DNA of 64,000 nt, from contig CAWBOC010000005.1 in the NCBI GenBank assembly GCA_963790305.1, forward strand, positions 192,001 through 256,000. Direction: 5' to 3'. The DNA is from an uncultured Gemmatimonadaceae bacterium. GTDB lineage: Bacteria; Gemmatimonadota; Gemmatimonadetes; Gemmatimonadales; Gemmatimonadaceae. The notes beneath the pieces are model-generated. The model searched no databases and had not been told where the DNA came from. It worked only from the letters and a program-made list of their open reading frames with translations. The translations under genes were made by a program, and so were the position numbers. How positions within the stretch are numbered: the stretch's first letter is position 1; each line of letters begins with the position of its first letter. This document shows, piece by piece, positions 28,370 through 38,700 of the stretch.

Positions 28370-28768
28370 ATGAAGAAGAGCGCGAAGGCTCGGTTCGCCA
28401 TCAAGAGCTGGGATGAAAAGCCCTACAGTGAGGGGCAGGACCAGCCAAAGCTCACTCGGGCCAGCGTCATCAAGACCTACACCGGCGACATCGAGGGGGA
28501 GGCGCAGGTCGAGTACCTCATGATGTACCGCCGCGATGGCTCGGCGACCTTCGTAGGCCTCGAGCGCTTCGTCGGACGGATCGGCGGCAAGACCGGCACC
28601 TTCGTGCTCCAGCGCACTGGTGTATTCGAAAGCGGGCAGGCCAAAGAGTCCTATTCCGTCATCCCCGGCTCGGCAACTGGAGACCTTCACGGCCTCGTGG
28701 GCGACGGGAGCTCCGCCGTTGGACACGGCATGGAGCATCCTTTCACCCTGAGCTATGAGTTGGCTTAG
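28370..28768 (+). CDS. DUF3224-family protein
   Basis: F.IKSWDE, YTGDIEG, FVGLERFVG, VIPGSATGDL.GL.G. Confidence 0.88.
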   Translation: MKKSAKARFAIKSWDEKPYSEGQDQPKLTRASVIKTYTGDIEGEAQVEYLMMYRRDGSATFVGLERFVGRIGGKTGTFVLQRTGVFESGQAKESYSVIPGSATGDLHGLVGDGSSAVGHGMEHPFTLSYELA

Positions 28769-28846
28769 CATTCCGGCGCGCGCGGCTGCGACGTTACAGG
28801 TGAGCTCGCGCGTTAGGCGTCGCAAAGAGGCCGTTCGGAGGCGCGT

Positions 28847-29284
28847 ATGTCGGTACTGAAGACCAAACCCACGGAAGTCAGCGTCGAGAGTCACATCGCT
28901 GCTCTTGCGAACGAGGAGCAGCGGAATGACGCCCAGCGTCTGGTTGTTCTCATGCGAAAAGTGACCAAGCAGGAACCAAGGATGTGGGGCCCAAGCATTG
29001 TGGGATTCGGGACCTACCATTACAAGTACGCCAGCGGTCACGAAGGCGATTCCGCTCTCGCTGCGTTTGCCGCGCGTGGAAGGGAGTTGGTGGTCTACAT
29101 CGCGGAGAGCTTCGAAGGTCGGGACGTCCTGTTAGCCAAGCTGGGAAAGCACAGGATTGGGAAGGTATGCGTCTACATCAGACGGCTGGCCAACGTCGAT
29201 CTGAAGGTCCTGGAGACGTTGATAGCCCGATCGGTAGCAGATACGAAGAGTCGCTATCCGCAGTCCAGGCAGAACGACGCCTAA
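28847..29284 (+). CDS. DUF1801 (YdhG-like) protein, flanked by integron-like core sites
   Basis: MWGPSIVGFGTYHYKY.SG, LGKH..GK.C.YI. Confidence 0.9.
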   Translation: MSVLKTKPTEVSVESHIAALANEEQRNDAQRLVVLMRKVTKQEPRMWGPSIVGFGTYHYKYASGHEGDSALAAFAARGRELVVYIAESFEGRDVLLAKLGKHRIGKVCVYIRRLANVDLKVLETLIARSVADTKSRYPQSRQNDA

Positions 29285-30096
29285 CGAACGGGGACGAGAA
29301 CCTCTGTGAGCAGTTCGGCCGGCGCCGTTCGCTCCGGCGGCGTGAGATAGATCTCGACGCACGGCGCCTTGCGCATCGATCGTCCTTCGCGAGGCATGAA
29401 CTCGAGCGCGAGCCACGCGTACGTCTCGGCGACGCGATCGAACGGGCCGCGATGGACGGCGGTCGCGTACTCGCCCCCGCAGACCTCAGTCACGCCGACG
29501 TCGCCTTCACCCCGAACGTTCGCGGTGATCTCGATGCAACAGTCGAAGCGGAGCTGCGCGGCCGGCGTGATGCGCGGATCGTCGTGCGCGAGGCCGAGAA
29601 ACAGCGGCTCGATGTTCGAAGCGCGCGCCGCGGCCCAGACGGCGAGCCGTTCGAACACCGGGCGTACCTGATCGTACGGGCCGACGTGCCGGACGAACGC
29701 GACGCGAAGCGGCGTGAGCGTCTCGATGCGACCCACGAGCCTTCGTTGTTCAACCACGGGTCCGGCCCAGCGTCCGCGCTCGCGTTCGCGAAACACACCG
29801 GGTGCGCAGCCGAAGCGTTCGCCAAAGGCGCGCGTGAACGCGCTCTGGCTTCCGTACCCCGCCTCTCGTCCAATATCGGCGACGGCGCGATGACTCGTCG
29901 ACAGCTCATGCGCCGCGCGCTCCAGTCGCAACCGCCGGACATACACGGCCGGCGGCTCTCCGACGACCGCCGTGAAGAGCCGATGAAAGTGAAACGGCGA
30001 GAGACACGCGTGATCGGCCAGCTCGGGCAGCGAGAAGGTGGCATCGAGGTCGCGCTCGATGGCGACCACCGCGCGCATCACGCGCTCGACGCTCAC
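29281..30096 (-). CDS. AraC-family regulator with GyrI-like effector domain
   Basis: LSPFHFHRLF, RLRLERAA, GY.SQSAFTRAF; HVGPY, DDPRITP, HRGPFD, EIYL. Confidence 0.92.
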   Translation of the reverse strand: MSVERVMRAVVAIERDLDATFSLPELADHACLSPFHFHRLFTAVVGEPPAVYVRRLRLERAAHELSTSHRAVADIGREAGYGSQSAFTRAFGERFGCAPGVFRERERGRWAGPVVEQRRLVGRIETLTPLRVAFVRHVGPYDQVRPVFERLAVWAAARASNIEPLFLGLAHDDPRITPAAQLRFDCCIEITANVRGEGDVGVTEVCGGEYATAVHRGPFDRVAETYAWLALEFMPREGRSMRKAPCVEIYLTPPERTAPAELLTEVLVPVR

Positions 30097-30482
30097 CGCC
30101 GCGCCGCGAGCAGACCTGCCGCTACGCCCGCGAGGAGTCTTCCCGCCCAGGAGGCCGCGAAGAGGGGAATGAACTTCGCTCCGGTCGCCATCGTTAGGAC
30201 GGCGTCGAGCAGCGCGACCGCGACGCCGACGAGTGTGCCGTGCAGAAGCGGGCGACCCGTGCTACGGGCGGCCCAGAAGGCAAAGCCAAACGTGGCGATG
30301 GCTCCGGCTATCGGACCGAGCCACATTCCGACGCGTTCCGCGAAGGCCTGGCGCGTTTGCGGGTCGACGCCTCTGGTCTCGTAGATGAGTACGACCACGA
30401 CGAGCAGCAGGATGGGAGTGAGCTCGCTGGCGATCGTCGCCAGCGTGATACGGCCGATCCGAATTCCATTTGTTCCGGGCAC
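30093..30482 (-). CDS. Hypothetical membrane protein
   Basis: Four hydrophobic segments; GTGA overlap with the AraC gene. Confidence 0.65.
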   Translation of the reverse strand: MPGTNGIRIGRITLATIASELTPILLLVVVVLIYETRGVDPQTRQAFAERVGMWLGPIAGAIATFGFAFWAARSTGRPLLHGTLVGVAVALLDAVLTMATGAKFIPLFAASWAGRLLAGVAAGLLAARR

Positions 30483-30631
30483 GGCGCCGATCCTGTGAAG
30501 AGGTGGCGCGAAGATACCGTGTGGCTGGCGCGCGCGGGGGAGCGCGCGCCCAAGTCCGCAAGAAATGTCAAATCACGGCTTGCGTCATGCTCCGATTCAA
30601 CACTCCGAACCCCTGGAAAAGGAATATCGCA

Positions 30632-31228
30632 ATGTCGAAGGTTGTCGCGATCATGTCCATGTCGCTCGACGGCTACGTCGCCGACGTCAACGATGGCGTA
30701 GCCGAAGTGTTCGACTGGTATGTCAACTCGGGGGACGTCGAATTCCACACCGGAGGATCGGACCCCATGACGTTCAAGGTGTCCCGGCCAAGCGCCGAGC
30801 ACCTTCGCAGTCTCTGGTCCGAGCTTGGTGCCGTGCTCACCGGTCGACGCACCTTCGACGTCGCCCAGGGCTGGGGCGGAAATCACGCGTGGGGACCAGC
30901 ATTCGTCCTTACCCACCACATCCCCGCCGGATGGCCGCGACCCAACTCGACTGTCCACTTCGTGACCGACGGCATCGCAAGCGCCGTGAACCAGGCGAAA
31001 GCCGCCGCCGCCGGGAAGTCCGTTGGGCTCCACGGCGCCGACACCATCCAGCAGTGCCTGAATGCTGGCCTCCTCGACGAAATCCACGTCGACATCGCGG
31101 CGGTTCTGCTTGGCTCCGGAGTTCGACTCTTCGATCACCTCGCCGGCACGCCAGCCGTCCTTGGCAACCCAAAGGTGATCCCGGGCGTCGGCGTTACACA
31201 CGTGCGCTACCCAGTACGCAAGGCGTAG
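30632..31228 (+). CDS. Dihydrofolate reductase/RibD C-terminal domain protein
   Basis: MSMSLDGYVA, GRRTFD, LLDEIH, LLGSGVRLF. Confidence 0.9.
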   Translation: MSKVVAIMSMSLDGYVADVNDGVAEVFDWYVNSGDVEFHTGGSDPMTFKVSRPSAEHLRSLWSELGAVLTGRRTFDVAQGWGGNHAWGPAFVLTHHIPAGWPRPNSTVHFVTDGIASAVNQAKAAAAGKSVGLHGADTIQQCLNAGLLDEIHVDIAAVLLGSGVRLFDHLAGTPAVLGNPKVIPGVGVTHVRYPVRKA

Positions 31229-31245
31229 CCTACCCTACTTACGCA

Positions 31246-31794
<549 letters not shown>

Positions 31795-31844
31795 CCATCG
31801 TTAGGTAGATGCGTCCCTTAGCCGCGAGGTCACCCTGGGAGGGC

Positions 31845-32234
31845 ATGATGTACTTGCAGAGCGACACCGCCTACCGATTGGCTGCGAGCATCGCGCTCGT
31901 CACCGCGATCGTGATCGTGTGGCTCAATGCTGCCGCGGGCCTCATCGGGATTGAGGACGACGACCCCGCCAACCTGCTATATGCCGCGGTGCTTGCCATC
32001 GGATTCATTGGTGCGATCATCTCGCGCCTTCAGCCACGTGGACTCTCACGCGCGTTGTTCGCGATGGCGCTGGCGCAGGCGTTGGTTGGCACGATCGCCC
32101 TCAAGTTGCCGAACACCGCCAGTTCCGTGCAGATCGTGATCGTGCATGGGGTGTTCGTGGCGCTCTTTGCCGGGGCGGCCTTGCTGTTTCGATATTCCGC
32201 GCGAAAGGGATTCGCCCCGCTACGCCCAACTTGA
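31845..32234 (+). CDS. Hypothetical membrane protein
   Basis: W.NAAAGLIG.EDD.PANLLY pattern; four transmembrane segments; GGAGG RBS. Confidence 0.7.
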   Translation: MMYLQSDTAYRLAASIALVTAIVIVWLNAAAGLIGIEDDDPANLLYAAVLAIGFIGAIISRLQPRGLSRALFAMALAQALVGTIALKLPNTASSVQIVIVHGVFVALFAGAALLFRYSARKGFAPLRPT

Positions 32235-32253
32235 CCGCACTCAGGAGACTCAC

Positions 32254-32640
32254 ATGAAAAGAGTCACAGGCATCGGAGGAATCTTCTTCAACGCGAACGA
32301 CCCCGTCGCACTGCGTGCGTGGTACAAGCGGCACCTGGGCATTGACGTCCAGGAATGGGGAGGCACCGCGTTCACCTGGAGCGATGCAGCGGGCAATCCA
32401 ACGAAGGGAACGACTGTGTGGTCCATCGGCGCCGCCGATGGGAAGCACTTCGCACCAAGCAAGTCGACCTTCATGGTCAACTATCGCGTCGAAGACCTGG
32501 TCGCTCTACTTCAGTCGCTTCGGGACGAAGGATGCAACGTCCTCGAGAAGGCGGACGACTCCGAGTACGGAAAGTTCGGCTGGGTAATGGATCCCGAGGG
32601 CAACAAGGTCGAGCTGTGGCAGCCACCCCCGGGGCAGTGA
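32254..32640 (+). CDS. VOC/glyoxalase family protein
   Basis: MKRVTGIGGIFF, NYRVEDL, YGKFGWVMDPEGNKVELWQP. Confidence 0.92.
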   Translation: MKRVTGIGGIFFNANDPVALRAWYKRHLGIDVQEWGGTAFTWSDAAGNPTKGTTVWSIGAADGKHFAPSKSTFMVNYRVEDLVALLQSLRDEGCNVLEKADDSEYGKFGWVMDPEGNKVELWQPPPGQ

Positions 32641-32696
32641 GCCTTCATCCCTGAAACATCACTCCACGGTCGTTCAACTATCTACGAGGCAGACCA

Positions 32697-33041
32697 TTGA
32701 GCGAAATCGAGGGTGTCGCGAGGCTCCGGATTCACCCGGGCAAACTCGAGGAGTTCAAGGCGCTCCAAATGCAGTGCCTGGCCATCACCCGCAGCAAGGA
32801 TACTGGCACGCTCCAGTATGACGTGTTCTTCAACGAAGACGGCTCGGAGTGCATCGTACACGAACGATACCGGGATTCAGACGCGCTCCTGGAGCATTTC
32901 GCCAATCTCGGCGAGACGGCGACCGCCCTCTTTCAGATCTGCTCCGCGGAGGGCGAGGTCCTGGGCACGCCCAGCGCGAAGCTGCGGAAGGCCCTCGAAG
33001 GCGGGCCCGTCCGCATCTTCACGCCATACAAATCCCTCTGA
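32697..33041 (+). CDS. Antibiotic biosynthesis monooxygenase (ABM)-like protein
   Basis: IHPGKLEEFK, DTGTLQY, ERYRDSDALLEH; TTG start after GAGG. Confidence 0.82.
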   Translation: MSEIEGVARLRIHPGKLEEFKALQMQCLAITRSKDTGTLQYDVFFNEDGSECIVHERYRDSDALLEHFANLGETATALFQICSAEGEVLGTPSAKLRKALEGGPVRIFTPYKSL

Positions 33042-33068
33042 CTCCGACTGCGTGGTTCTCTGCCTTCA

Positions 33069-34059
33069 TCACGGGAGGAAGAGCGTGGTCCTGCCCGCGA
33101 TCGACCTGTTGCCGGCCTCGTCGATCGCGATGACGGTGATTTCGTTGTCTCCGAACACACCATACGCGCTGGGAGTCATGTTCCTGCCGATGGCAGTGTT
33201 CTCGTGCACACCGTTCACGTAGATCTCGTACACGATCACATTCTGAGGCGTCACGGCGTCCGTGGACGCGGTCCACCAGACTTGCATCTCGAGATCGCCG
33301 TAGCCGAAAGCCTGCACGTTTGCTGGCTGGGTCGGCGGCGTCACGTCGCTCCCGTCGTTCACGCTTGGTCGTGACGGTGAATGGTGGGCTGACCGCTGAC
33401 AGGTTGCCGCCTGACTCGTTGACGAAGCGGTCCTTGGCCTGAGCCGTGAACGTGTAGGTGGTCCCCGGCTGGAGCAGGGTGAACGTTCTCGACGTCTCGG
33501 AGACCCAGTGAACCCGCAGTGTGATCTTGACGCCGTCCTTGTTCACCTGATAGGAAATGAACGGGGCGTCGTCCGTCGACGACCAGGCGAGCCCTATGTG
33601 CCTCGTACCCACGCTCGTTACCGTGAAGGCAGGAACCGTCGGTGGTGTGTGGTCCAGTGGAAGCGACACGGTCACCGTGTTGCTGCTCGCCGACTTGTTC
33701 CCGGCCGCGTCCACGGCGTACACCGAGAACGAATAAGTGGCCCCGTTATGCAGGGGCGGATGCGGATACTTCCACGTGACGCTCGTCTGCGTGCCGGGCA
33801 CGGTGATTTCGCGGCCCCAATTGTCGCGGACCCGATACGAAGCGGTGCCGGTCAACGCGTCCCAGGCTAACGAGACACTCCACGATGTGTTGCCGGTCGA
33901 GCGAAGATTCAACGGCCCCGCAGTCGGAGGCTTCTTAGGCCCAGACCTCGCCAGTGCGGGCGAGTCTGTCGCGAGACTCGATGGTGCAGTGGCATCTCGG
34001 CACGCGGCCGCCACGACTAGAATCCCAGCCGTCGTCACACATCTCGCAAATGGACGCAT
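33069..34059 (-). CDS. Fibronectin type III repeat lipoprotein (frameshift near 33365)
   Basis: Lipobox AAAC; three FN3-like units (YSFSVYAVDAAGNKS, YTFTAQAKD, VIAIDEAGNRS); the third is in a shifted frame. Confidence 0.8.
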
Positions 34060-34189
34060 AGAAGCCCCTGGTTCCCGAGGAGATGACTAGCCTCACCGCT
34101 ACCCTTGTGCGGCTACGGGCGACGCTAGCGCCGTCCTGAAGTCTCCGACAACGGGTCTGCGGTGACGGCACCTCACCGGCGGTGAACGC

Positions 34190-35350
34190 ATGAAGGGAAG
34201 AGCCGAAAGCGCACGTGCACTGGCGATCGGGGTGCTGGTGTGCCTCGCAGGATGCTCGCGCACGAGTCAGCCCGCCCGCTCTCACTCGGGCACGCCGCAG
34301 GCACTCGAGGCCATCGTCCAGGACTTTGCGGACCAGCATCGACTGCCCGGTCTTGCCGCCGGGGTCTGGCGGCGCGGCGAGGTCATTCTTCGAATGGGCG
34401 TGGGCCATCAGGCTGGACCCGGGTCGCCACCGATCGATGGGGAGACCGTTTTCCACCTTGCGTCTGTCACCAAGCCGTTCGTCGCGACCGCCGTGATGCA
34501 GCTCGTGGCCGCGGACAAGATGTGCCTCGACTGTCCGGTGCAACGGTATCTGCCGTACTTCTCAATGCAGGGGCCGGGCGCTGAGCGGATCACGATCCGT
34601 CAACTGCTGACCCACACCGCTGGCACGGGGGACACGAGCGACTTCGGCTGGACCAAGCCGGAGTACGACGACGGGGCCGTCGAGCGATACGTTCGGAGCT
34701 TGGCGTCCGCGCGCCTCGAGTTCGTGCCCGGATCCCAGTGGCGTTACAGCAACCGTGGCTTTGACGTGCTCGCGGACGCGATCGCCAAGGCCGACGGGCG
34801 GCCGTTCGAAATAGTCATTCAGCAGCGTATCCTGACTCCGCTGGGCATGCGCCGGAGCACGCTGTTGATGAGCGATATCGACTCCGCCCGAATGGCGCGT
34901 GGTCACCGGCGTGATGGGAGCGCGGTCGGCTACTATCCCTATAACCGCCGCCATGGTGGGAGCTCTACGCTACACTCCACCCTCGATGACATGCTCCAAT
35001 GGGCAGCCGCCAACCTGGGGCGTGGTGCCCTCGATCAGCGGCGAATCCTGCCCGCGTCTGCCTACGACGACCTGTGGCGCCCATATCGGGACATCCGAGC
35101 GACCATCGCCGAGCAGGTGCGCAGGGCGGGCTACGTATTCCCGTACGACAGCCTGGCCATCGGGCTCAGTTGGTTCCTTCCGGTCCAGGAGGGCCGCCAA
35201 CTGGTGTATCACAGTGGCAGCGATCCTGGGTTTGCGAGCAATGTGCTACTCTCTCCGTCGGAACAGATCGGGGTGGTGGTGCTGATCAACGCCAACGGTG
35301 CTGACCCGCGAGCCCTCAGCCGATCTCTGCTCGACGCCGCGCGTCGCTAG
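34190..35350 (+). CDS. Serine hydrolase (class C beta-lactamase family) lipoprotein
   Basis: Lipobox LAGC; ASVTK, LLTHT.G, YSN, YHSG. Confidence 0.9.
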   Translation: MKGRAESARALAIGVLVCLAGCSRTSQPARSHSGTPQALEAIVQDFADQHRLPGLAAGVWRRGEVILRMGVGHQAGPGSPPIDGETVFHLASVTKPFVATAVMQLVAADKMCLDCPVQRYLPYFSMQGPGAERITIRQLLTHTAGTGDTSDFGWTKPEYDDGAVERYVRSLASARLEFVPGSQWRYSNRGFDVLADAIAKADGRPFEIVIQQRILTPLGMRRSTLLMSDIDSARMARGHRRDGSAVGYYPYNRRHGGSSTLHSTLDDMLQWAAANLGRGALDQRRILPASAYDDLWRPYRDIRATIAEQVRRAGYVFPYDSLAIGLSWFLPVQEGRQLVYHSGSDPGFASNVLLSPSEQIGVVVLINANGADPRALSRSLLDAARR

Positions 35351-35384
35351 TAGCCAATCACGGGGCCGAACCAAAGGAGAAGTC

Positions 35385-35807
35385 ATGCGACGTATCGTGG
35401 CGTTATTCTCGACAGGCGTCGTCGCAGCCTGCAGCACCGCTCCAGTTCCTAGCGGTCAATCCCCGCTGACGACAGCCCCGCTCAACCCGTCCGTCGAGTT
35501 TCTCCTCACATCGGCCGCCACTGATTTCCACACCCACCGCCCACCGTTTCCTGTCCGCTTTCGTGATGTGCGCAGTGGCTACGTCATCGCTTCGGATGGG
35601 ACAAGACAGTACAGGTTGTGCGGCGAGTTTTTGCCAGCAGCGGAAAGCGGCAGGACTGAATGGACTCCTTTCGCAACACTCAAGACGTCAGGGTACGAAC
35701 AATGGCTTGGCGCTCAAGCCGAGACCTTCTGCAAGAGATCACCAATGACGTGGGACAAGGAAGATTTGTCGTCCTTGTTGCAAAGGCGCCTTGATTCTCT
35801 GCGATAG
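35385..35807 (+). CDS. Hypothetical lipoprotein
   Basis: AAGGAG RBS; lipobox VAAC; two further Cys residues. Confidence 0.7.
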   Translation: MRRIVALFSTGVVAACSTAPVPSGQSPLTTAPLNPSVEFLLTSAATDFHTHRPPFPVRFRDVRSGYVIASDGTRQYRLCGEFLPAAESGRTEWTPFATLKTSGYEQWLGAQAETFCKRSPMTWDKEDLSSLLQRRLDSLR

Positions 35808-35848
35808 CTAATCGCGACGGTTCAAAGTCCTGATGGCGCCTGTCGCTC

Positions 35849-36871
35849 CTAGAGCGCGCCGCGCAGAATCCGCTCGAGCACTTTCGTATCGAGATTGCCG
35901 CCGGAGAAGATCACGCCGACGCGCATTCCCTTCAGCTGATCACGCAGCTTGATCGCGGCGGCCAGACCGAGCGCGCCCGCTCCCTCGACCATGTTGTGCG
36001 TCAGCGTGAGCACGACGCGAATCGTCTCCGCCATCTCCGCCTCGCTCACGGTCACGAATCCCTCGAGTCCTTCCACCAGCGTCGCGAAGGTGAGCGAGTA
36101 CGGCTGGCGCGTCGCGACGCCTTCGGCAAACGTGTTCGCCCGCTCGGTGCTCAACGGAGTGCGCGCGTGCCACGAGTCATGGATCGCCGGTGCGCCGGCC
36201 GCCTGCGCGCCGTAGACTTTCAGCGCGGGAGCCAGCTCACGCGCCACCGTGAGCGCGCCTACCGACTGCGATCCGCCGCCGACGGCGATCACGATCGCAT
36301 CGAGCCCGCTGGACTGCTCGAGCATCTCCAGGCTCATCGTCGCCGCTCCGGCAATGACGCGCAGATCGTTCGTGGAGTGCGCAACGGCCATGTTCTGCTC
36401 GCGCGCGACGCGCAGCATTACCTCGACGGACTCGTCGTAGTCGCGCCCTTCCTCGATGACGGTGGCGCCCCATCCGCGCATCGCCGCGTTCTTCTCCGGG
36501 TTGTTCCCCACCGGAACGCAGATCGTGGCGCGCACGCCGAGGAGTGACGCACCGTACGCGATCCCCTGGCCGTGATTTCCTGTCAATGCGGCGACGACGC
36601 CTCGGGCACGCTCATCGGCGCTGAGTCCTGTCACGAAGGACAGGCCGTTGCGCACCTTGAAGGAGCACGTCGGCTGATGATTCTCGTGCTTGATCAGGAG
36701 TGACGTGCCGGCGGCCATCCGCGCATCGAGCTGCGGATAGCCGCGCAGCGGCGTCGGCGTCAGGTAGCGCGCGATCCGCTCGCGTGCTCGCTGCACGTCG
36801 TCGAGCGTGATCGGCCATGCCGGCGCCATCGTGCCAAAGGACTTCGGCACGGGCGTCGCTTGCGTGGTCAC
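35849..36871 (-). CDS. PLP-dependent threonine/serine dehydratase or serine racemase-like enzyme (no regulatory domain)
   Basis: KHENHQPTCSFKVRNG, TGNHGQG, VGGGS, EGAGA, SGGN. Confidence 0.9.
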   Translation of the reverse strand: MTTQATPVPKSFGTMAPAWPITLDDVQRARERIARYLTPTPLRGYPQLDARMAAGTSLLIKHENHQPTCSFKVRNGLSFVTGLSADERARGVVAALTGNHGQGIAYGASLLGVRATICVPVGNNPEKNAAMRGWGATVIEEGRDYDESVEVMLRVAREQNMAVAHSTNDLRVIAGAATMSLEMLEQSSGLDAIVIAVGGGSQSVGALTVARELAPALKVYGAQAAGAPAIHDSWHARTPLSTERANTFAEGVATRQPYSLTFATLVEGLEGFVTVSEAEMAETIRVVLTLTHNMVEGAGALGLAAAIKLRDQLKGMRVGVIFSGGNLDTKVLERILRGAL

Positions 36872-36890
36872 GTCGTCACCGCCGCACCGC

Positions 36891-38450
36891 CTACCGGGGT
36901 GTTCCCCCCGCGGCGCGCACCTCGGGCGCCGGCTCCGGCCGGCGCTTGAAGTTCGTCGGCGCGCCGCCGAGATCCATTTGGAGCTCGTCGACCTTGCCCT
37001 GCGCATTGAGGCGGAAGGTCACGAACGACGTTCCGAGTGATCGCGCGCCCCAGCGTGCGCGGAACGTGTCGAAATGCCAGTGCTCCAGCTCGCCCTGAAA
37101 CGCAGGGCCACGATCAATGCGGAGCTTCGCGCTGTCGCCGCGCACTCGAATCTCCCCGTACATGCTGTCGACGTAGACGCCCGCATACTGCGCAAGCGAC
37201 AGCGACGGCTTCGTGTTGGGCACGCGCTCCGCCTCGCGCTTCTTCTGCGCCTCCCGCGCCCGTGCGAGCAGCGAATCGGTCACCCTGAACATCTCCGCGT
37301 TCCAGTCTTTCGCCTTCGGCGTCTTGAGATGCAAATCCCAGAGCTTCTGCATGATCACGTACGGCAATGCACTCTGGCTGATGTTCGTCAGCACCACGAC
37401 GCCGAGCTTTTCCTCGGGCAGCATCGCGACGAGAGCGCTCATTCCATCGATGTTGCCACCGTGCTGCACGACGAGCCGGCCTTCGTAGTCGCTCAGGAAC
37501 CAGCCGAGTCCGTACGCCAGGAGATGCGCTCCGGGATTGATTCGCTTCCAGGCCCCTTCGAGGCGAACGACGGTGTGCGGGGTGTGCATCTCTTCGATCT
37601 GTCGTTCGCTGATGATCTGCTTGCCGCCGTACTTTCCCTTCCCGAGCTGCAGTCGAACCCACTGCGCCATGTCGACGACGTGCGAGTTGATGGAGCCGGC
37701 CGGCGCAATGTTGTCGATGTTGCGCCAGGGGATGACGCGGACCGTGTCGTCAATGTCGGCGTGCGGCGTCGCGACGTCGCGCATCGACGCGAGCTTCTTG
37801 ATGGTTGTGTTGCTCTCCGTCATGCCAAGCGGCGCGAAGATCCGCCGCTCGATGAAGTCATCCCATGTCGTGTTCGCGACCCGTGCCGTGAGCTGCCCGG
37901 CGGCGAGGTACATCAGGTTCTGATAGCCGAACTGTGCCCGGAAACTCCACGACGGCGCGAGGAAGCGCGTGCGACGCATGATCTCATCGCGGTCGAACTC
38001 GCTCCCGTACCAGAGCATGTCGCCGCGGGCGAGCCCGCTGCGGTGACTGAGGAGGTCGCGGATGGTGAGCTCGCGCGAGGCATACGGATCGAAGACGTGA
38101 AAGCCGGTGAGGTACTTTTCGGCCGGATCGTCCCACGCCACCTTCTTTTCGTCGACGAGGAGCGCAACGCCGGCGGCGGTGAACGCCTTCGATGACGAGC
38201 CGATCGCGAATACCGTCCGATCGGTCACGCGGTCCGGCTTCGTGATGTCCTTGACGCCGTACCCCCGCGCGTAGATGACGGAGTCGTTGCGCACGATCGC
38301 GATCGCGACCCCGGGAACCTTCCACGTTTTCCGGGCGGTCTCGACGTAGGCGTCGAGCCCCGGGTACGGCTCGCGGGCCTGAGCGTTCAGGCTGACCGGT
38401 GCGATCAGGACGATCGTGGCCAGCGCATAGACGAATCGTGTGCAAGTCAT
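36891..38450 (-). CDS. Secreted serine hydrolase with DUF3471-like C-terminus
   Basis: Signal peptide; IGSSSK, YQN, HGG. Clear paralog of 12013-13539. Confidence 0.92.
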   Translation of the reverse strand: MTCTRFVYALATIVLIAPVSLNAQAREPYPGLDAYVETARKTWKVPGVAIAIVRNDSVIYARGYGVKDITKPDRVTDRTVFAIGSSSKAFTAAGVALLVDEKKVAWDDPAEKYLTGFHVFDPYASRELTIRDLLSHRSGLARGDMLWYGSEFDRDEIMRRTRFLAPSWSFRAQFGYQNLMYLAAGQLTARVANTTWDDFIERRIFAPLGMTESNTTIKKLASMRDVATPHADIDDTVRVIPWRNIDNIAPAGSINSHVVDMAQWVRLQLGKGKYGGKQIISERQIEEMHTPHTVVRLEGAWKRINPGAHLLAYGLGWFLSDYEGRLVVQHGGNIDGMSALVAMLPEEKLGVVVLTNISQSALPYVIMQKLWDLHLKTPKAKDWNAEMFRVTDSLLARAREAQKKREAERVPNTKPSLSLAQYAGVYVDSMYGEIRVRGDSAKLRIDRGPAFQGELEHWHFDTFRARWGARSLGTSFVTFRLNAQGKVDELQMDLGGAPTNFKRRPEPAPEVRAAGGTPR

Positions 38451-38490
38451 GGCGATCTCGCGGAGACTAGTGAGCGCTTGCTTTCTGAGG

Positions 38491-38661
38491 ACGGCAACGG
38501 CAACAGCAACGACAACGGCTTCTCAACGCAGAGGACGCAGAGGAACTGCCACGGCAAACGTCAAACGGCAAGGCTGTTAACAAAAGCTCCTGCCGTTGTA
38601 GTTCAAGGCGGCAGACCTCTGCGACCTCTGCGTCCTCTGCGTTGAAAAATGCCGTTGCCGT
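38491..38661. repeat. Intergenic palindrome of (CAACGG)n/(ACGCAGAGG)n arms, copy 2
   Basis: ACGGCAACGGCAACAGCAACGACAACGGCTTCTCAACGCAGAGGACGCAGAGG ... CCTCTGCGACCTCTGCGTCCTCTGCGTTGAAAAATGCCGTTGCCGT; same family as 11805-11964. Confidence 0.88.
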
Positions 38662-38700
38662 ATCCGTGCTCCATACGCGTAAATCCGCGGCTGCAGTTCG

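Noticed and set aside
30565..31245. Long N-terminus of the 409-aa ORF
   Set aside because: Out-of-frame overlap with the first RibD-C gene; the real start is 31246.
31798..32231. Cassette core-site pair GTTAGGT/GCCCAAC around the membrane protein gene
   Set aside because: Complementarity is imperfect and no L boxes are visible; too weak to call.
36575..36600. Ser-to-Leu change in the dehydratase AASTGNH motif (AALTGNH)
   Set aside because: A single TCG/TTG difference in error-prone sequence; cannot be told apart from a base-call error.
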